A DNA stretch of 64,000 bases from Epiperipatus broadwayi. Lineage: Eukaryota > Animalia > Onychophora. The stretch covers positions 5,766,001-5,830,000 of the forward strand of contig JAQFVV010000006.1 of NCBI GenBank assembly GCA_028023455.1, in the 5' to 3' direction. Position 1 is the first letter of the stretch; every line of letters begins with the position of its first letter. Shown here piece by piece: positions 1-12,684 of the stretch. The notes beneath the pieces are model-generated. The model was given only the letters and a program-made list of their open reading frames with translations. It made no database searches and was not told the DNA's origin. Made by a program: the position numbers and the translations under genes.

Positions 1-620
1 CTCTTTCTGCAAAGATGAAGCCCCATATTTTTTATTTATAGCCAACAAAAGAGGTGACTTCTGCTACTCACTAGAAGTTATATATATATAATAATGTATT
101 GAATCATCCAAAACTTACTTGTTAGAATAAAATTAGACAATTTTAAATACTCACAATAGTAATGTAATTTTGCTTTACTTTATTTTGCAAGACAGTCAAT
201 TAAGGATTCATTCTAAATAATTGACCAAATCATATACACATGCTTTCACACATGCATATGCAAATAGTGCATAAATTTATAATTAATTAAGAAAATAATT
301 AAAGTAGTAAATAAATTAATATACAAAGTAAAATAAATCAAAATATGTTTTGCCATATAAGAGGCTTTCAGAAATTTTTAAGACCACAGTAACAATAATC
401 TACACAAAGAAATAATATTTAGAATGATTTATATATACATATATTTTCAAATTAAATCACTGAGTGGCGCTACTGTTTGGAGAGTTTTGCCTCTGTGATA
501 CCTTCAATTCAGAGAAAATACACTTTTATTATGCACATACTCTAAATTACTTACTTTGCAGAAAAAAAAAGATAATTATTTGTTGTATTTGCCTGAAGAT
601 ATGTGATGATGGTATATTAT

Positions 621-1055
621 ATGTGATAATATGTTGGACCATTTCCATCATCTATCAGCAAATGTTGAATGTATAAAAAATGTTAAACTTTATTTAAACT
701 TTTCAAATACAACTTCTTAATAATAACACACAAATAGACAACACAGGTTAGTAATTACACAACTTCTACGCGAATGTTGTCACTGGTCAGGCTGGCAATA
801 CTTGAAGAAAAGCGGAGAATAATACTATTCAAAACGTTGTGTAATTACGAACCTGCGTTGTCTATTTTTTTTTTCATGTGTCAAAGCATCGGTTGGGAAG
901 CAAACCCGGGAGAACTGCTTGTAAGGCGACTGTGCTGACCACTCGTTCACCAACCCAAGTTGTGTGTATTTGAAAAGTTTAAATAAAGTTTAAAATTTTC
1001 TATACATTCAACATTTACTGATTCATGATGGAAATAGTCCAATATATTATCACAT
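621..1055. mobile_element. Family C palindromic HHR element (internally deleted), with a SINE inserted
   Basis: Terminal inverted arms atgtgataatatgttggaccatttccatc / gatggaaatagtccaatatattatcacat, homologous to 12685-13270; decayed HHR at about 797-843. Confidence 0.7.
865..955 (-). mobile_element. tRNA-Gly-derived SINE
   Basis: Reverse strand resembles tRNA-Gly(TCC) followed by gacacatg and poly(A); homologous to the other four copies. Confidence 0.7.
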
Positions 1056-1337
1056 CTAATTATTTGTTGTAAATAGTATTTATTGTGAGATTTATATAAT
1101 TGCTGCTTTCTGTTATGTCATTGTAGTTGAAAGCTGTGAAGGTTTAAACATTAATACTGCTTAATATCAGAAGAATAGAATTAGGAAAAATTATGTGAGC
1201 CTTGTTTTTGATATATTATGTGACTAACTAAATTTGTAAACCCTACTCCAAATGAGGTGTGGGATAATAAACCAAACTATTGTTACTTAAAATAAGTTGA
1301 CACATTTATTATAGTGATTTTTCTCATTCTCTTTTAG

Positions 1338-1531
1338 CTGCTTTTATTAATATATGTCTTCTGGATTTGATTGGCCGAAGAAAAACAATAGGAGTACTAT
1401 TTTTCATTTCTGGTACAATGATTGGGGTTCTGCAAGTGTGCATTCCCGATATCCTAAGAACTGCACTCGGATTTCTTATTCGAGGTTTTTCTTTAGCCAG
1501 TATTACTGCCATCATATTTTACATATCAGAG
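1338..1531 (+). CDS. SVOP: SVOP-like (SV2-related) MFS transporter, internal exon
   Basis: tttag|CT...GAG|gtaaa boundaries; translates AAFINICLLDLIGRRKTIGVLFFISG...RGFSLASITAIIFYISE, with the MFS D-x-x-G-R-R/K motif; splices in frame to the next exon. Confidence 0.8.
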
Positions 1532-2782
1532 GTAAAATAAATTGTATACATAATCTAAAATTATGAATGAGTGCACTTTAGCCCCCTCTGTTGTCTCATT
1601 ATTTAAACTAAATATGGTATGTATTAACAAAATTAAGAATTGTGAATTATGACAGTATATGGGTCAAATGATCAGTGTCAATCCCACCCTCTTTTTTTTC
1701 ATCAACTGAGCCAAATATTGGGGGCTGATGATTCCATTAAAATCAGTCCTGTGAATCTCGTATTGTCAGACTTCACAGTTCAGAAATTAACATCTTTATA
1801 TCTTGATATGAGATGGTGGAGGTGTTTAAGTGTGAGCACTGACAATATTAAAAAATATAGTTCCATAATGTATTAAATATGTAATGAGTAATGTAATTTA
1901 AAAGGCTTAATGTTGAATTACATAAACACAGTTATTCTTTTTAACATTAGAAAATTCTAACCAATTACAGACTGCAGTTTGATTTTGTCCATTTCAATAA
2001 TGATCATGTGACCAGTGTTGCTTATTGGTAAATTTTGTATAAATGCAAATTGAATTTTGAACACTATAGATTTCTTATATATGTTTTAGTAATAGTTTTC
2101 ACAGCTATAATAATTATCAGATGGCTCATTGCTCAAGAGGTCATGTGACATTTGTGCATAGGAAATGGCAGAGTTGAGCATTTACTTGGTAATATTCAGC
2201 TCAGAGTTTATGGCTCTATTAAATATGCTGCACTAACTTTGCAAAGCAAAGGTGGAATATCTGATGTTTGAGCACCAAAATGCCTGATAGAATTTTGATC
2301 AGGAATTTCTAGTTCTCAAGATCTTCAGCATGTCAGTAAAATTTAGTTTATCATTCTCTGGCTTAATGTGTCCTTGACAATTGTTTGATAATTTTGAAAA
2401 TAATAGCATTGATTATGTGCACTTCGGAATTTTTTTTAATTATTAAAAATTTTGGCCATTTGTAGACCAAAAAAGATGAAAATAAGCATGTAAGTTATCC
2501 CTGAAAATTTTATGCCTAATTTAGTACAATTATTATTAGAAGTTGGAAAGCAAATTGAATAAAAGTCTCCAAATCCAGGAATGTATTGTTATCTAACTCA
2601 TATATATATAATAATCCCAGTGCATAACGCTATACTGAAATAAATATACAAATATTAAGCATTAAATCACCTCATATGGTTAAGAAATCCAGTACCGCCA
2701 TCTGTGAACCAATATATAAATACATTAGAGTTCATATTTCAAAATAGCCAGCTCAAAATGATACTGCTTTGAACTGTCTGCT

Positions 2783-4056
2783 ATCATCATCATCATCATC
2801 AACCATTATCAATCCACTGCAGGATGAAGGTCTCTCCAAGTTTAATCCATCTTCTCCGATCTTTAGCTTCTCTTTTCAACAACACCCCTGCACATTTTCT
2901 TGTTTCATCCATCCATCTCACATGTGGTCTCTTTCTGGGTCTTTTACAATCTCTTGGAATCCAGTTTAAAATTTCAATTGTCCATCTATTATCATTTCTT
3001 CTAGCAATATGTCCAGCCCAACTCCATTTCAGTCTTTTAATTTTTTCAATAAGGTCAGTAACACCTGTTTGTTGTCTTACCCATACATTGCATTTTCGAT
3101 CCCTTCTTGTTACTCCCAACATACATCTCTCCATATTCCTTTGAATGGTCTGAAGTCTCTGTATTTCTCTTCTATTAAGTGTCCAAGTCTCAGATCCATA
3201 AGTAAGAACTGGTAAAACACATTTGTTAAAAACCATCCTTTTCAAACACATAGGCATATTTCCTTTTAGTATCAAGTTATTTCTACCAAAAGCACTCCAA
3301 CCAAGTTTAATTCTATGATTAATTTCTTCCATCTGTATTAATAATCTGACCAAGGTATTTGTAACTGTTAACTTCTAATTCTTCATAATCAATCTTTATT
3401 TTCATATTTTGAGCAAATCGATTAAACATTACTTTAGTCTTTTTAACATTTATCTTTAGTCCTACTTTTCTACTTTCATCTGCTAACTCCTGCAACATTT
3501 CCTGCAGCTCTGAAGCATTATTTGCAAAAACAACTACATCATCTGCAAAATCTAAATGACTTAAATACTCTCCATTTACTTTCATTCCTTTAGTTTCCCA
3601 TTTTAATCCACAAAATACTTCTTGCAGCACTGCTGTAAAAAGTTTTGGTGATATGGAGTCACCTTGTCTTACACCTTTCTCAATGTTGATTTTTCCAGTA
3701 TCATTATGTAATCTAATTGTTGCTGTTGCATTTTTATAAATATTCTTTAAAATCTGACAATAACCTGGATCTATACCTTGATGATCCAATGCTTTAATCA
3801 CTGAAGAAATGTGTATAGAATTGAATGCCTTTTCATAATCTACAAATCCAAAACATAATGACAACTCATATTCATTTGTCCTTTCTATGACTTCTCTCAA
3901 TACCTGGATATGATCTATTGTACTAAAACCACTTTTAAATCCAGCTTGTTCTCTTGGTTGGTGGAAATCCAAAGTTCTCTGTAGACGAGTTGTAATTATC
4001 TTGGTAAAAATTTTATATAAAACTGATAAAAGGCTGATAGGTCTGTAATTTCTAAT
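2783..4056 (-). mobile_element. 5'-truncated RTE-clade LINE (RT domain and C-terminus, one frameshift near 3330-3350)
   Basis: NYRPISLLSVLYK, QAGF, FVDYEKAF, GVRQGDSISP, FADD, YKYLG, LKWSWAGHIARR; (TGA)n tail. Confidence 0.95.
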
Positions 4057-4805
4057 ATAAGATGTTATATATCGAAATACGAACAAACTCAAACAAGAAC
4101 TTGAAATTTTAGCAAGAAAATATCTTAACTTAACTTTTTGCTACTAACAAACATGTTTTACTATTATTATATAAAGACAAACTAAACATTAGTAATTTTA
4201 ATCTTTAAACCACCTAACACAAATATATAGAAAATAAACCCAGTGCATAACACTATACTGAAATAAATATACAAATATTAAGCAATAAATATATATCTTT
4301 TTCACATGTATGTGGCTATGTATATCAGTTGTATAAGATGGATTGGATAGCTGTCTGAGTTTGAAAGCTGAGTTCAAGTTCCTTATAATTACATTAAGTT
4401 TACTATACACAATGTACACTAAATATTATATATATGTTCAATTAAATATCTACATGGATTGGTATTATAATAAAGAATAGAAATGAGAAGATTATATCCA
4501 TATAAGGAAAGATAATTTAACATATGATGTTGCCAAGAAATTATCAATTACTAATTGACAATCCCTGAGGCTAAACAAGTTTTCTCATTAATCTATAATA
4601 ACTTTTTGGAGGAGTTTTTTGTTGAAATGTGTGTGCGTGTAGTTAAAGGTAGCAAATCATGTTTAATTAGACCAAAGAATAGAATGGATACACCAATTTT
4701 TAAAGCTTTTGGTATTTATAAAACTAGCCTTGCCAATACTGTTAAAATTCAGAATGGATTTAATATACCAATCACATAGAAACATGGCATGAATAATAAT
4801 TAAAC

Positions 4806-5335
4806 ATTAAGCATCCCATGATCACATTTCCTATACTAGCACATTAATTGTAGATAAACAGAGCAAAACTCTCCATACAGTACTGCCACCTGTGCTAGTA
4901 TAGGAAATGTGATCATGTGATGCTTAATGGTTTAACACCAATCCTGCCTTATAGGACAGTGGTGGCTATGGTTGTAAAAGAGCCAAAGACACCAAAATGC
5001 ATGGGTTCTGAACTGAGTTCAGACCCATATGACTATATAAGCTATTGAGCTTAGATTGAAAATATTTTTTGTGTTTTCAATTTCATTCTCATAGTTTTGT
5101 AGTTAAGTAGAGATAAAAGGTGGTTGCTAGAGGGTTGCATTAGATCCTATGATCTAGATGCAGTGCTCTCAGATCCAAAGCTCCTCACTGACGAAGGCCA
5201 CAAGCCAGAAACTAGTCTGGGGATATTGGATGAGTAGGCATTAGATAGGGATTTTATGCACAAGCCTTCTGGCATCCATTGATTACTCTGTTTAGCACAG
5301 GTGGCAATACTGTATGGAGAGTTTTGCTCTGTTTA
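4806..5335 (+). mobile_element. Family A HHR element with a short 5' inverted segment
   Basis: Hairpin at 4810-4925 then a monomer homologous to 58578-59020; HHR at 5181-5223. Confidence 0.75.
5181..5223 (+). ncRNA. Minimal type-I hammerhead ribozyme, family A
   Basis: CUCCUCA CUGACGA AGGC CACAA GCCA GAAA CUAG UC UGGGGA; stem I 6 bp; palindromic ACUAGU stem III; GUC site. Confidence 0.75.
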
Positions 5336-6387
5336 TCAATAATTAAACAAATAATTAATTATCCAAGAGTCGAGACAGAATCTCTCTTTTAATAACCTTG
5401 ATTTAATAATTAAAGAGAAGTTAATAACTGTAAACATAAAATTAACATAGCTTAATGTATATGTAATTAAGAGGAAAAAACAACTCTCCCTCAGGATATG
5501 AATAAATAATATGCTGATGTTTAGCAAGGATCAATTTATAAACTCACCTAATGTTAATTATTCTAATTGTGCTAATTATGCCAAACCAACACTTGAATTA
5601 AATAACCTGTTGCTTAACTCAAGCTTTGATTTAACACATATATTTAATTTTCAATACAATATTATTTCACTGATTTATAATGTGTTTTTATTTAACTTAC
5701 AAATTCTGTTTATTTGTTTGTTTGGATCAAATCTTGTAATCAACTTTGAACATACTTTTATCAAATGGATTTCCTTCAAATTTTGTTCACGTGTTAGTTA
5801 TTTATGGCAGTGTAATATGGCACGAATATTTCAGGGATGTCCAGCCAGTTATCCAGCCTAATAGCATTGTCTGGTTGAATTGGGTTCAGTAAATTTTCAG
5901 TAGTGCACACTAGATGGCAGTGTATTCTTTTAAAATATGCTAAAATTAAATATTCATTAAGAAATAGAAAGAAAAACAAATGAATAATGAAATCTTTATT
6001 TATTTTAATTAACTAATTAAAACTTGAATTTTTTTAAAATGACACATTCATAAACAAAAAAAAATATATATAAACAATTTTTAATGCGTTTAAATTTTAC
6101 TTCAAAAACTAAATATATGATGATATCATCTACGTTCTTGGTACAATTTTATTTCAAACATTAAAAATATTGCACCACATATGCTTTCATGATTTAGATT
6201 TGAATATGAATACTGTCCTAAAGTCTATTGCACTATATCCTATAATTAAAAAATGAAAAATAATATATATATATAATAGTATTTGTTTCTTCATTTCATT
6301 TTGTAATAAATATAGCTTTACTTCTCACTATATGTAAAATATATAATTGTTAATTAGAGAAGATATTAATTTGTATTAAAGTTTATC

Positions 6388-6428
6388 GGCTTAACGTTTT
6401 CGAGGATCCATGCCTCATATTCATAGCC
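6388..6428 (-). ncRNA. Hammerhead variant, A3-U8 core (family D)
   Basis: GGCU AUGAAUA U GAGG CAUGGAU CCUC GAAA ACGU UA AGCC; all three stems pair; palindromic AACGUU. Confidence 0.65.
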
Positions 6429-7214
6429 TTCATTTCATTTGTATTTGTAATAAATTAGTGAAATATTTTGAATACGGAAATGGTTTTTATTATTTACTTT
6501 TTAAATACCTATGAGTGTACTTTCGTGTCTTATACCATAATCATAGCTCTCACTGATTGGCTAAGTCTGTTGCCCTGAATTAATGTCCAGCAACTGAAAA
6601 GGTTTTTATAATTTACCTTTTAGATGCTTTTGGTGTTCAGGGAAGTATACTTGGCAAATCGGTGACAGCTAAGATTCTGGTGTACCATATCGGAAACATG
6701 CATAGCAGTATCTAAGATAATTAATAAAAACCTTTTCAGTTATCGAACATTAAAACATTTCACTAATTTATTATAAAAAATATATTATAATAAACATTTA
6801 TTTCATTTAAGGAATGATGCACTAAAAATCCAAAAAAAAAAAATTTTTTTGTGGAACACAGCTTAGTTTGTTGTATTTAACTTGAAATTAAGACAGAGTA
6901 GTCTATAAATTAATTAGTTCTATCACTAGGATTGAATTAATTAATTTATGACCATCTTTTAATGATTGAATTAATTTATTTATGGATGCCCTCCAGTTTT
7001 ATTTCAAGGTAAATATACCAAATCAAATTGTAGGCAGTAAAAAAATTACTTTTCCAATTTTATTGCATTATTTTTCAAATAAAATAAAAGTAGTTTTTAT
7101 AAATATTTATATTTATACACAAAATAACAAATTACCCATTAAAAATATACAATTTGTATATTTTAAATTATAATAAAGGTAGATAATATTGATAGATAAA
7201 CATATTAAGGCAGA

Positions 7215-7530
7215 AGTGCTTTGGATTATACAATTTATCCAAAACATTTCAAACACTGTGTTTCAAGTGTGCTGCAATCTTCTTCAGAGACAGTTTATTT
7301 GTTGGATTACAGTAAACTGACTCTGAAGAAGACTGCAGGAGTTGAAATGCAGATATCTGTATATATTACAATAAAAGATTTTTGCTTCTTTTTTAAGAGA
7401 TTAAAATAAACTGACTCTGAAGAAGACTGCAGGACAGTTGAAATGTTGGTGTATGTATGTACAATAAAATATTTGTACTAAAAAGTGTTTGAAGTGGTTT
7501 AGATAAATTATATTTATATAAGATATTACA
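7215..7530. mobile_element. Family B palindromic element with decayed HHRs
   Basis: Inverted arms caatttatccaaaacatttcaaacact / agtgtttgaagtggtttagataaatt; CTGAAGA-A-GACTG-CAGGA-CAGTT-GAAA at 7417-7443; homolog at 24185-24380. Confidence 0.65.
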
Positions 7531-7801
7531 GCAAAATAAAGGAAATGGCGATTTTGGTAATACTTTTGATTACATTCTAATTACTATTAACGGAAATAAT
7601 GTAAACAAAATAAAAAAGAGACATCACATGATTTTCCAAAAACTGTATATACCAATATTAGCAGATTTTCTATTTATTATACAATCTTGAAATTGTAATT
7701 AAAGCAGATTTGAACCCAGACTTCCAAGCTTCCTTCAGTCATTCCCTCTATCTAACATAACCAATATGTATGACCACATACTTGTCAAAAAGATAAATGA
7801 T

Positions 7802-7846
7802 CCCCAATATACATATTTCATGCTGAACCAGAACTCATCAGTTGGG
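7802..7846 (-). ncRNA. Minimal type-I hammerhead, family H
   Basis: CCCAA CUGAUGA GUUCU GGUUC AGCAU GAAA UAUGUA UA UUGGG; homolog at 61320-61361. Confidence 0.65.
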
Positions 7847-7969
7847 TCCGGATCATCATATCCCTTATATATATATATAATCAGTCCTCCGTTTTATATT
7901 AAGTTAGCAAATATACATACTTTAAATTTGTTTATAAAGAAAGGCAACAGTAAAAGTGAAATTTAAAAA

Positions 7970-8062
7970 TAAGGGAGTGTGCAGGGATGATATGGAGAAG
8001 AGACTAAGATTGGAAAAGATGATTAAAACTTGGAGACACTTTCATTCTGGAGTGGACCAATA
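7970..8062 (+). mobile_element. RTE LINE 3'-end fragment (decayed)
   Basis: Similar to the reverse complement of 2800-2900. Confidence 0.6.
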
Positions 8063-9081
8063 CTGGTGAGAAATGGTGACGGTATATTACACTGTAGTCT
8101 AAGTTACTTCCCCCCTCCCTTAATATACGTTTTAATATGATTTTTTATTTCTCCATAATATTAAATATTAATAGTGATAGTTCAAAGATAGAGGAAATTA
8201 AAGCATAACTTACTGTAAATCCCAAGGAAACTATATATAAACTAATATAAATCCAGCAATTAATCAAAAAATACAGAATGAGCCCACCTGTATTTTAGCT
8301 TTGGATCGTATGTAAGCAATCAATTTATTGACATATTACAATGCACAGCATAAATTATATATACTAACACAATCTCAGTGCAACTATGAGTTATTGTGAA
8401 ATCTCACCTATAATCAATCATAAGGAAATGTCATGTCTCATATTTAACAAGTCTTGAATATTAAATGAAACAAAAGTTAATAGATGTAAATATTAATAGT
8501 GATATCTCAAAGGCAAATGAAATTACAGAAAGATTAGTATTATTTTACATGTAGCTCCCAGTGGAATTATAATAACTTCTGTTTTAATTTAATCTACACT
8601 TGAATTATGACTACGAATTATTTAGAATGATTTCAAAATAGCTTATAGTTATACTGAGATCGCTGTTACCATAGACAATTTATTTTCTGTGTTGTAATAT
8701 CATTTGAATGTCTAAATATGATCTTAAGCTATTCTGTACTTTTTTTATATATTGATGTATTTGTATTTGGTTTATATAGCTCTCTGGGAGTTAACAATAT
8801 CTTCTGTTTAAATTGCTCTATAATGCTGTAAGTTTTTTTAATTCAATAGGTAAATCATAATAATTTCTCATATTAGAATCATAGATATTACCAGATTTTG
8901 CAATTATGTAAGAATTTGTTTTTCTTAGACACATTTCAAATTGTTATAATTTTGCCAATTATAAACTTGATAAAAAAATCGTCAGTAAATTTTGTCACAG
9001 CAAAAATACAATAATCTTTATTTTCAAATAATATTTCTAATCAAACAATTTTTTTACTATAAATATTTATTTATTAAAATT

Positions 9082-9190
9082 ATTTTTTTTTTTTTCGAAT
9101 GTCATAGCATCGGCCGGGACGCGAACCCATAACCGTCTGCAACAAACTACTTGCTTGCAAGGCGGCTGCGATGACCTTTCGGCTAACAAC
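9082..9190 (-). mobile_element. tRNA-Gly-derived SINE with an expanded variable region
   Basis: gttgttagccgaaaggtcatcgcagccgccttgcaagca...gggttcgcgtcccggccgatgctatgaca then poly(A). Confidence 0.7.
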
Positions 9191-9599
9191 TTAGTGATTT
9201 AAAAAATGAAATATTTTTTTTTATTTTATATACGCCGCATTCCACTTAAATATAAATATATTTATATTTATAAATATAAATTTAATATAGCTATTAAATG
9301 TGATATTTAATTAGCTAGCCAATAATCTAACAATCTCCTTAATATAAATAAGATTTAAGCCCAATTTTTGTGGGTGGGTAAGTTTATAGATTGCTTTAAC
9401 TGATGAAGAAGATTCTTTCTATTAAAATTATCCTATGAGTTTCATAATTCACAATTTGGTTATTATATAATATTTTAAATTTTAGTTGAATAATGAGCTA
9501 ATAGAGGGCGGGGAAGTGCTCCGATTCATAATAATTAAAACTATAAATAATAGCAATTTCTTTAAAATAAATATCACCTACAATACAATTCGATTGATA

Positions 9600-10560
9600 A
9601 ATATCTAAATTTATACATGAATAAAAAATAATTAATAAAAAAAAGGGGAGAATAATACGACTTTAAAAGGATGGCGCAGTAATAAATTCAGTGGGAAGAA
9701 GCAACCGCAATGAGTGAGTGAATGCTCAAGATGATAAAGTGAACAATTTAGAAATGGTTTGTGATGATGGTCTATGCGTAAATGTGCATATGAATTTATA
9801 AATTCAATTTTGTGAATTTTTATTTAATATTTCTTCAAACCATTGGAAGCATAAAACATGGATAAGTGAATCCGTGTTAATGAAACAATTAATATAATTG
9901 ATATAGCACTTCCTTTTAATCGATCAAACTGTCCTTTCCGTAAACATTTTTTAATTAAATATTTTAAATATATGTTGAAGGATTAATTATCTAAAAATTG
10001 TCCATTTTTAAGTGAAGAAGTTTAATTTTTTTTATAATTCTAATATCTATTAACAAGTAACGTCAATAATAATAATCAAATAACTTTATTTCTCTGGAGT
10101 TCATAAGAAGTTTAAATACTGAAAGTACCAGAACACGAGATTGTTCTTCCATTTTGTAAAATATATTGTTAAATGTATAGTGAGTTTAACAAATGTGATC
10201 CACCTATATAAGATTCCCCGTGTTTCACATTTTTCACTAATGCCAAGCTTTGCCTCCAGGATATTCCTTGACTTTACGCTGTATTTCTAAAACTTATTTT
10301 TCATTTTGGATAAATGAGAATACGGCATAACCATGCTCCAGGCTATGGACCTATTGCTAAATCTTTATTTTATCTCTGTTCTTCCTTTCTATTTATTGTT
10401 AGGACCTTTATAAGGCAACTTTCTGGAAGAATTACTCCATATTTTTATCTACTTTTCTGATGATTATTTTTTTCTTGATCCTTTAATATCTTGGTTTTTT
10501 TCTCTCATTATTAGTGATGGGTCATTGAAGTATAAGAACGTGTGTGTTCAATCTGAGAGT
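9600..10560 (-). pseudogene. Possible highly decayed Penelope-like RT remnant
   Basis: Scattered reverse-strand peptides IIIRKVDKN (cf. PLE I-x-K-A-D-K-G), KNGQF and GSAIS in the expected order; many stops and frameshifts. Confidence 0.25.
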
Positions 10561-11269
10561 GAATACGAATGTCATCTAGAAAGCAAACTGAATCTATCAA
10601 ACTCTTTTTTTCAAATGCTATTTGATTGAGCATATGGTTTTATTCACAAAAATTAATATCTTTGACAACACAACGTCACTGAGCAGAAACTCTCCTCATA
10701 ATTGTCTATACCTTTAAAAACATATAAATGTAATTATCAGAAACTTTATATCGTATACAATACGATAAAAAAATGTTTGTCAGAGTTGCTCTACATAATA
10801 CTCATCAAGCCAATCCACACTATGTTAGACCATTTGCCATTTATTAATAATATTTAAATGCAATCCAATTAGAAGGTTAATTGAATAGAGTATGAATTGT
10901 CTCCCTGAAAACCTCGTAAGTTTGTTTGTGTCCTGAAAAAATTTTCAAAGTCCATTCAACCAAGATCCTCATACCATATTATGACTATAGAAGTCTGATG
11001 TATATACAATAAAACCCTATTTTTGCATTTGAATTATTTTTTCCATGAACAATTTACTCTAATAAGAAAGTCATGTGACATTTTGTTAGCTTATCTTTAT
11101 AATTGGTTTTTAATATGCTAATTTTATTTAAAAAATCATGACTAATAAATTATTTCTTAGAGACATTATGTTGGAATTGTATCAAATACCAGCCTAAATT
11201 GCCCATTTAATTGGTTGCTTTAACAATTTTTTTAAGATTTAATGTAAACAAAAGATTTTAATATATATT

Positions 11270-11455
11270 TAACATGAGATTCCACGAGATTGTAAAAGAC
11301 CCAGAAAGAGACCGCATGTGAGATGGATGGGTGAAATAAGAAAGTGTGCAGGGGTGATATGAAGACGAGAAGCTAAAGATTGGAGAAGATGGATTGAACT
11401 TGGAAAGACTTTCATCCTACAGTGGATTGATAATGGTTGTTGATGATGATGATTA
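11270..11455 (+). mobile_element. RTE LINE 3'-end fragment
   Basis: Close match to the reverse complement of 2790-2970; (TGA)n tail. Confidence 0.9.
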
Positions 11456-11504
11456 AACATGAGAAATGTAGCCAGCCTGAAAGATAGTCATTTCAACATC
11501 ACTT

Positions 11505-11940
11505 ATATGCTAACCAAAACTAAATGCAAATACAGTATTGTAGCATCTGTTTTTCCCCTCACTAAAACTAAATGCAAATACAGTATTGTAGCATCTGTTT
11601 TTCCCCTCACTAAATATCACATTTCAAACATGAATTTATATACTATAATCATATTTCTTCATGATTTAAATACTATACCTCTGTAGTTAAAAGTGCATGT
11701 ACTGATTTTTTTCTGAGCGTTTATATTAACAGCAGAATTACTTCTTTCGCATAAACAAAAAAATACACTAACCAAAACTAAATGTAAATATGATACTATA
11801 ATATCTATTTTTTACCCTCACTAAATATCACATTTCAAATATGAATTTATATATTGCACTCATATTTTCTTCATGATTTAAATATTACACCTCTGTAGTT
11901 AAAAGCACATGTACTGATTTTTTTCGTAGCGATTTTTATT
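11505..11940. repeat. Local tandem duplication (about 260 bp) with an internal repeat of about 47 bp
   Basis: ctaaccaaaactaaatg...tgtactgatttttt appears twice; aaaactaaatgcaaatacagtattgtagcatctg is doubled in the first copy. Confidence 0.85.
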
Positions 11941-12525
11941 AATGGCAGAATATTTTATTTGTGATTTTGACATATGAATTTGACAAGTGACAGCCTTATG
12001 AGCAAACATACATTCACCAATCAGACAACAGAAAAAATAGGGATTTTATATATAAGATGATCTGCAATGAAAATAAAAAGTAGACAAATTTACTAGATCT
12101 GATGAGCCTAGAAAGTACTTTTAATATATGCAGTATGAAAGATTGGGGTGTTTATTTTATGTTAGATAATGATAAATAATATTAGAAGTTCCATGTGGTT
12201 TTAATGGAATGTAAGGTTCTCAAATCAGTTCCAGTTTTGGAATTTCCAGTATTCGAACTGGTTATAAATTCCAAAGCGATAAACCATTTGATTATTTTGG
12301 TCTGCCTCAGTTAGTGCAGTGGTAGAGTGCCAAACTAAGATTGAATCTAGTTTGGGAATTTTCAGTGCTCAGACTTATAAACTCCTAAACAGTAAACCAT
12401 TCCATTATTTTTTAATGATATTTAAAAAAATAAATTTACACCTGAATGAACTAAAATTTCCTTCTCATTTATTACAAATATTTCAGTACCATTATTAATT
12501 TGTACTTATATAAACATTTTTTTAG

Positions 12526-12615
12526 GTTTATCCAACTACCAACAGAAGTATAGCTATGGGATTGTCAGGTTCATTTATTAGGCTGGGATCAATGACCACA
12601 CCTTTTTTGGCTCAG
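12526..12615 (+). CDS. SVOP: SVOP-like transporter, internal exon
   Basis: tttag|GTT...CAG|gtaag; VYPTTNRSIAMGLSGSFIRLGSMTTPFLAQ matches the MFS E-V-Y-P-T-x-x-R motif (SVOP: [30 protein letters not shown]). Confidence 0.85.
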
Positions 12616-12684
12616 GTAAGTGTCATGTACACACACAGGTAATGTATTTTACAACCTTCTAAATACAAACATAACAATTGATTT

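Noticed and set aside
4806-5335. Family A as a MITE with TIRs
   Set aside because: Copies are circularly permuted or tandem, inverted segments vary in length, the TSD is 13 bp and an HHR is present; this fits retrotransposition better
12095-12125. CTGATGAG-CCTA-GAAAGTACT as a hammerhead
   Set aside because: No stem II and no stem I pairing
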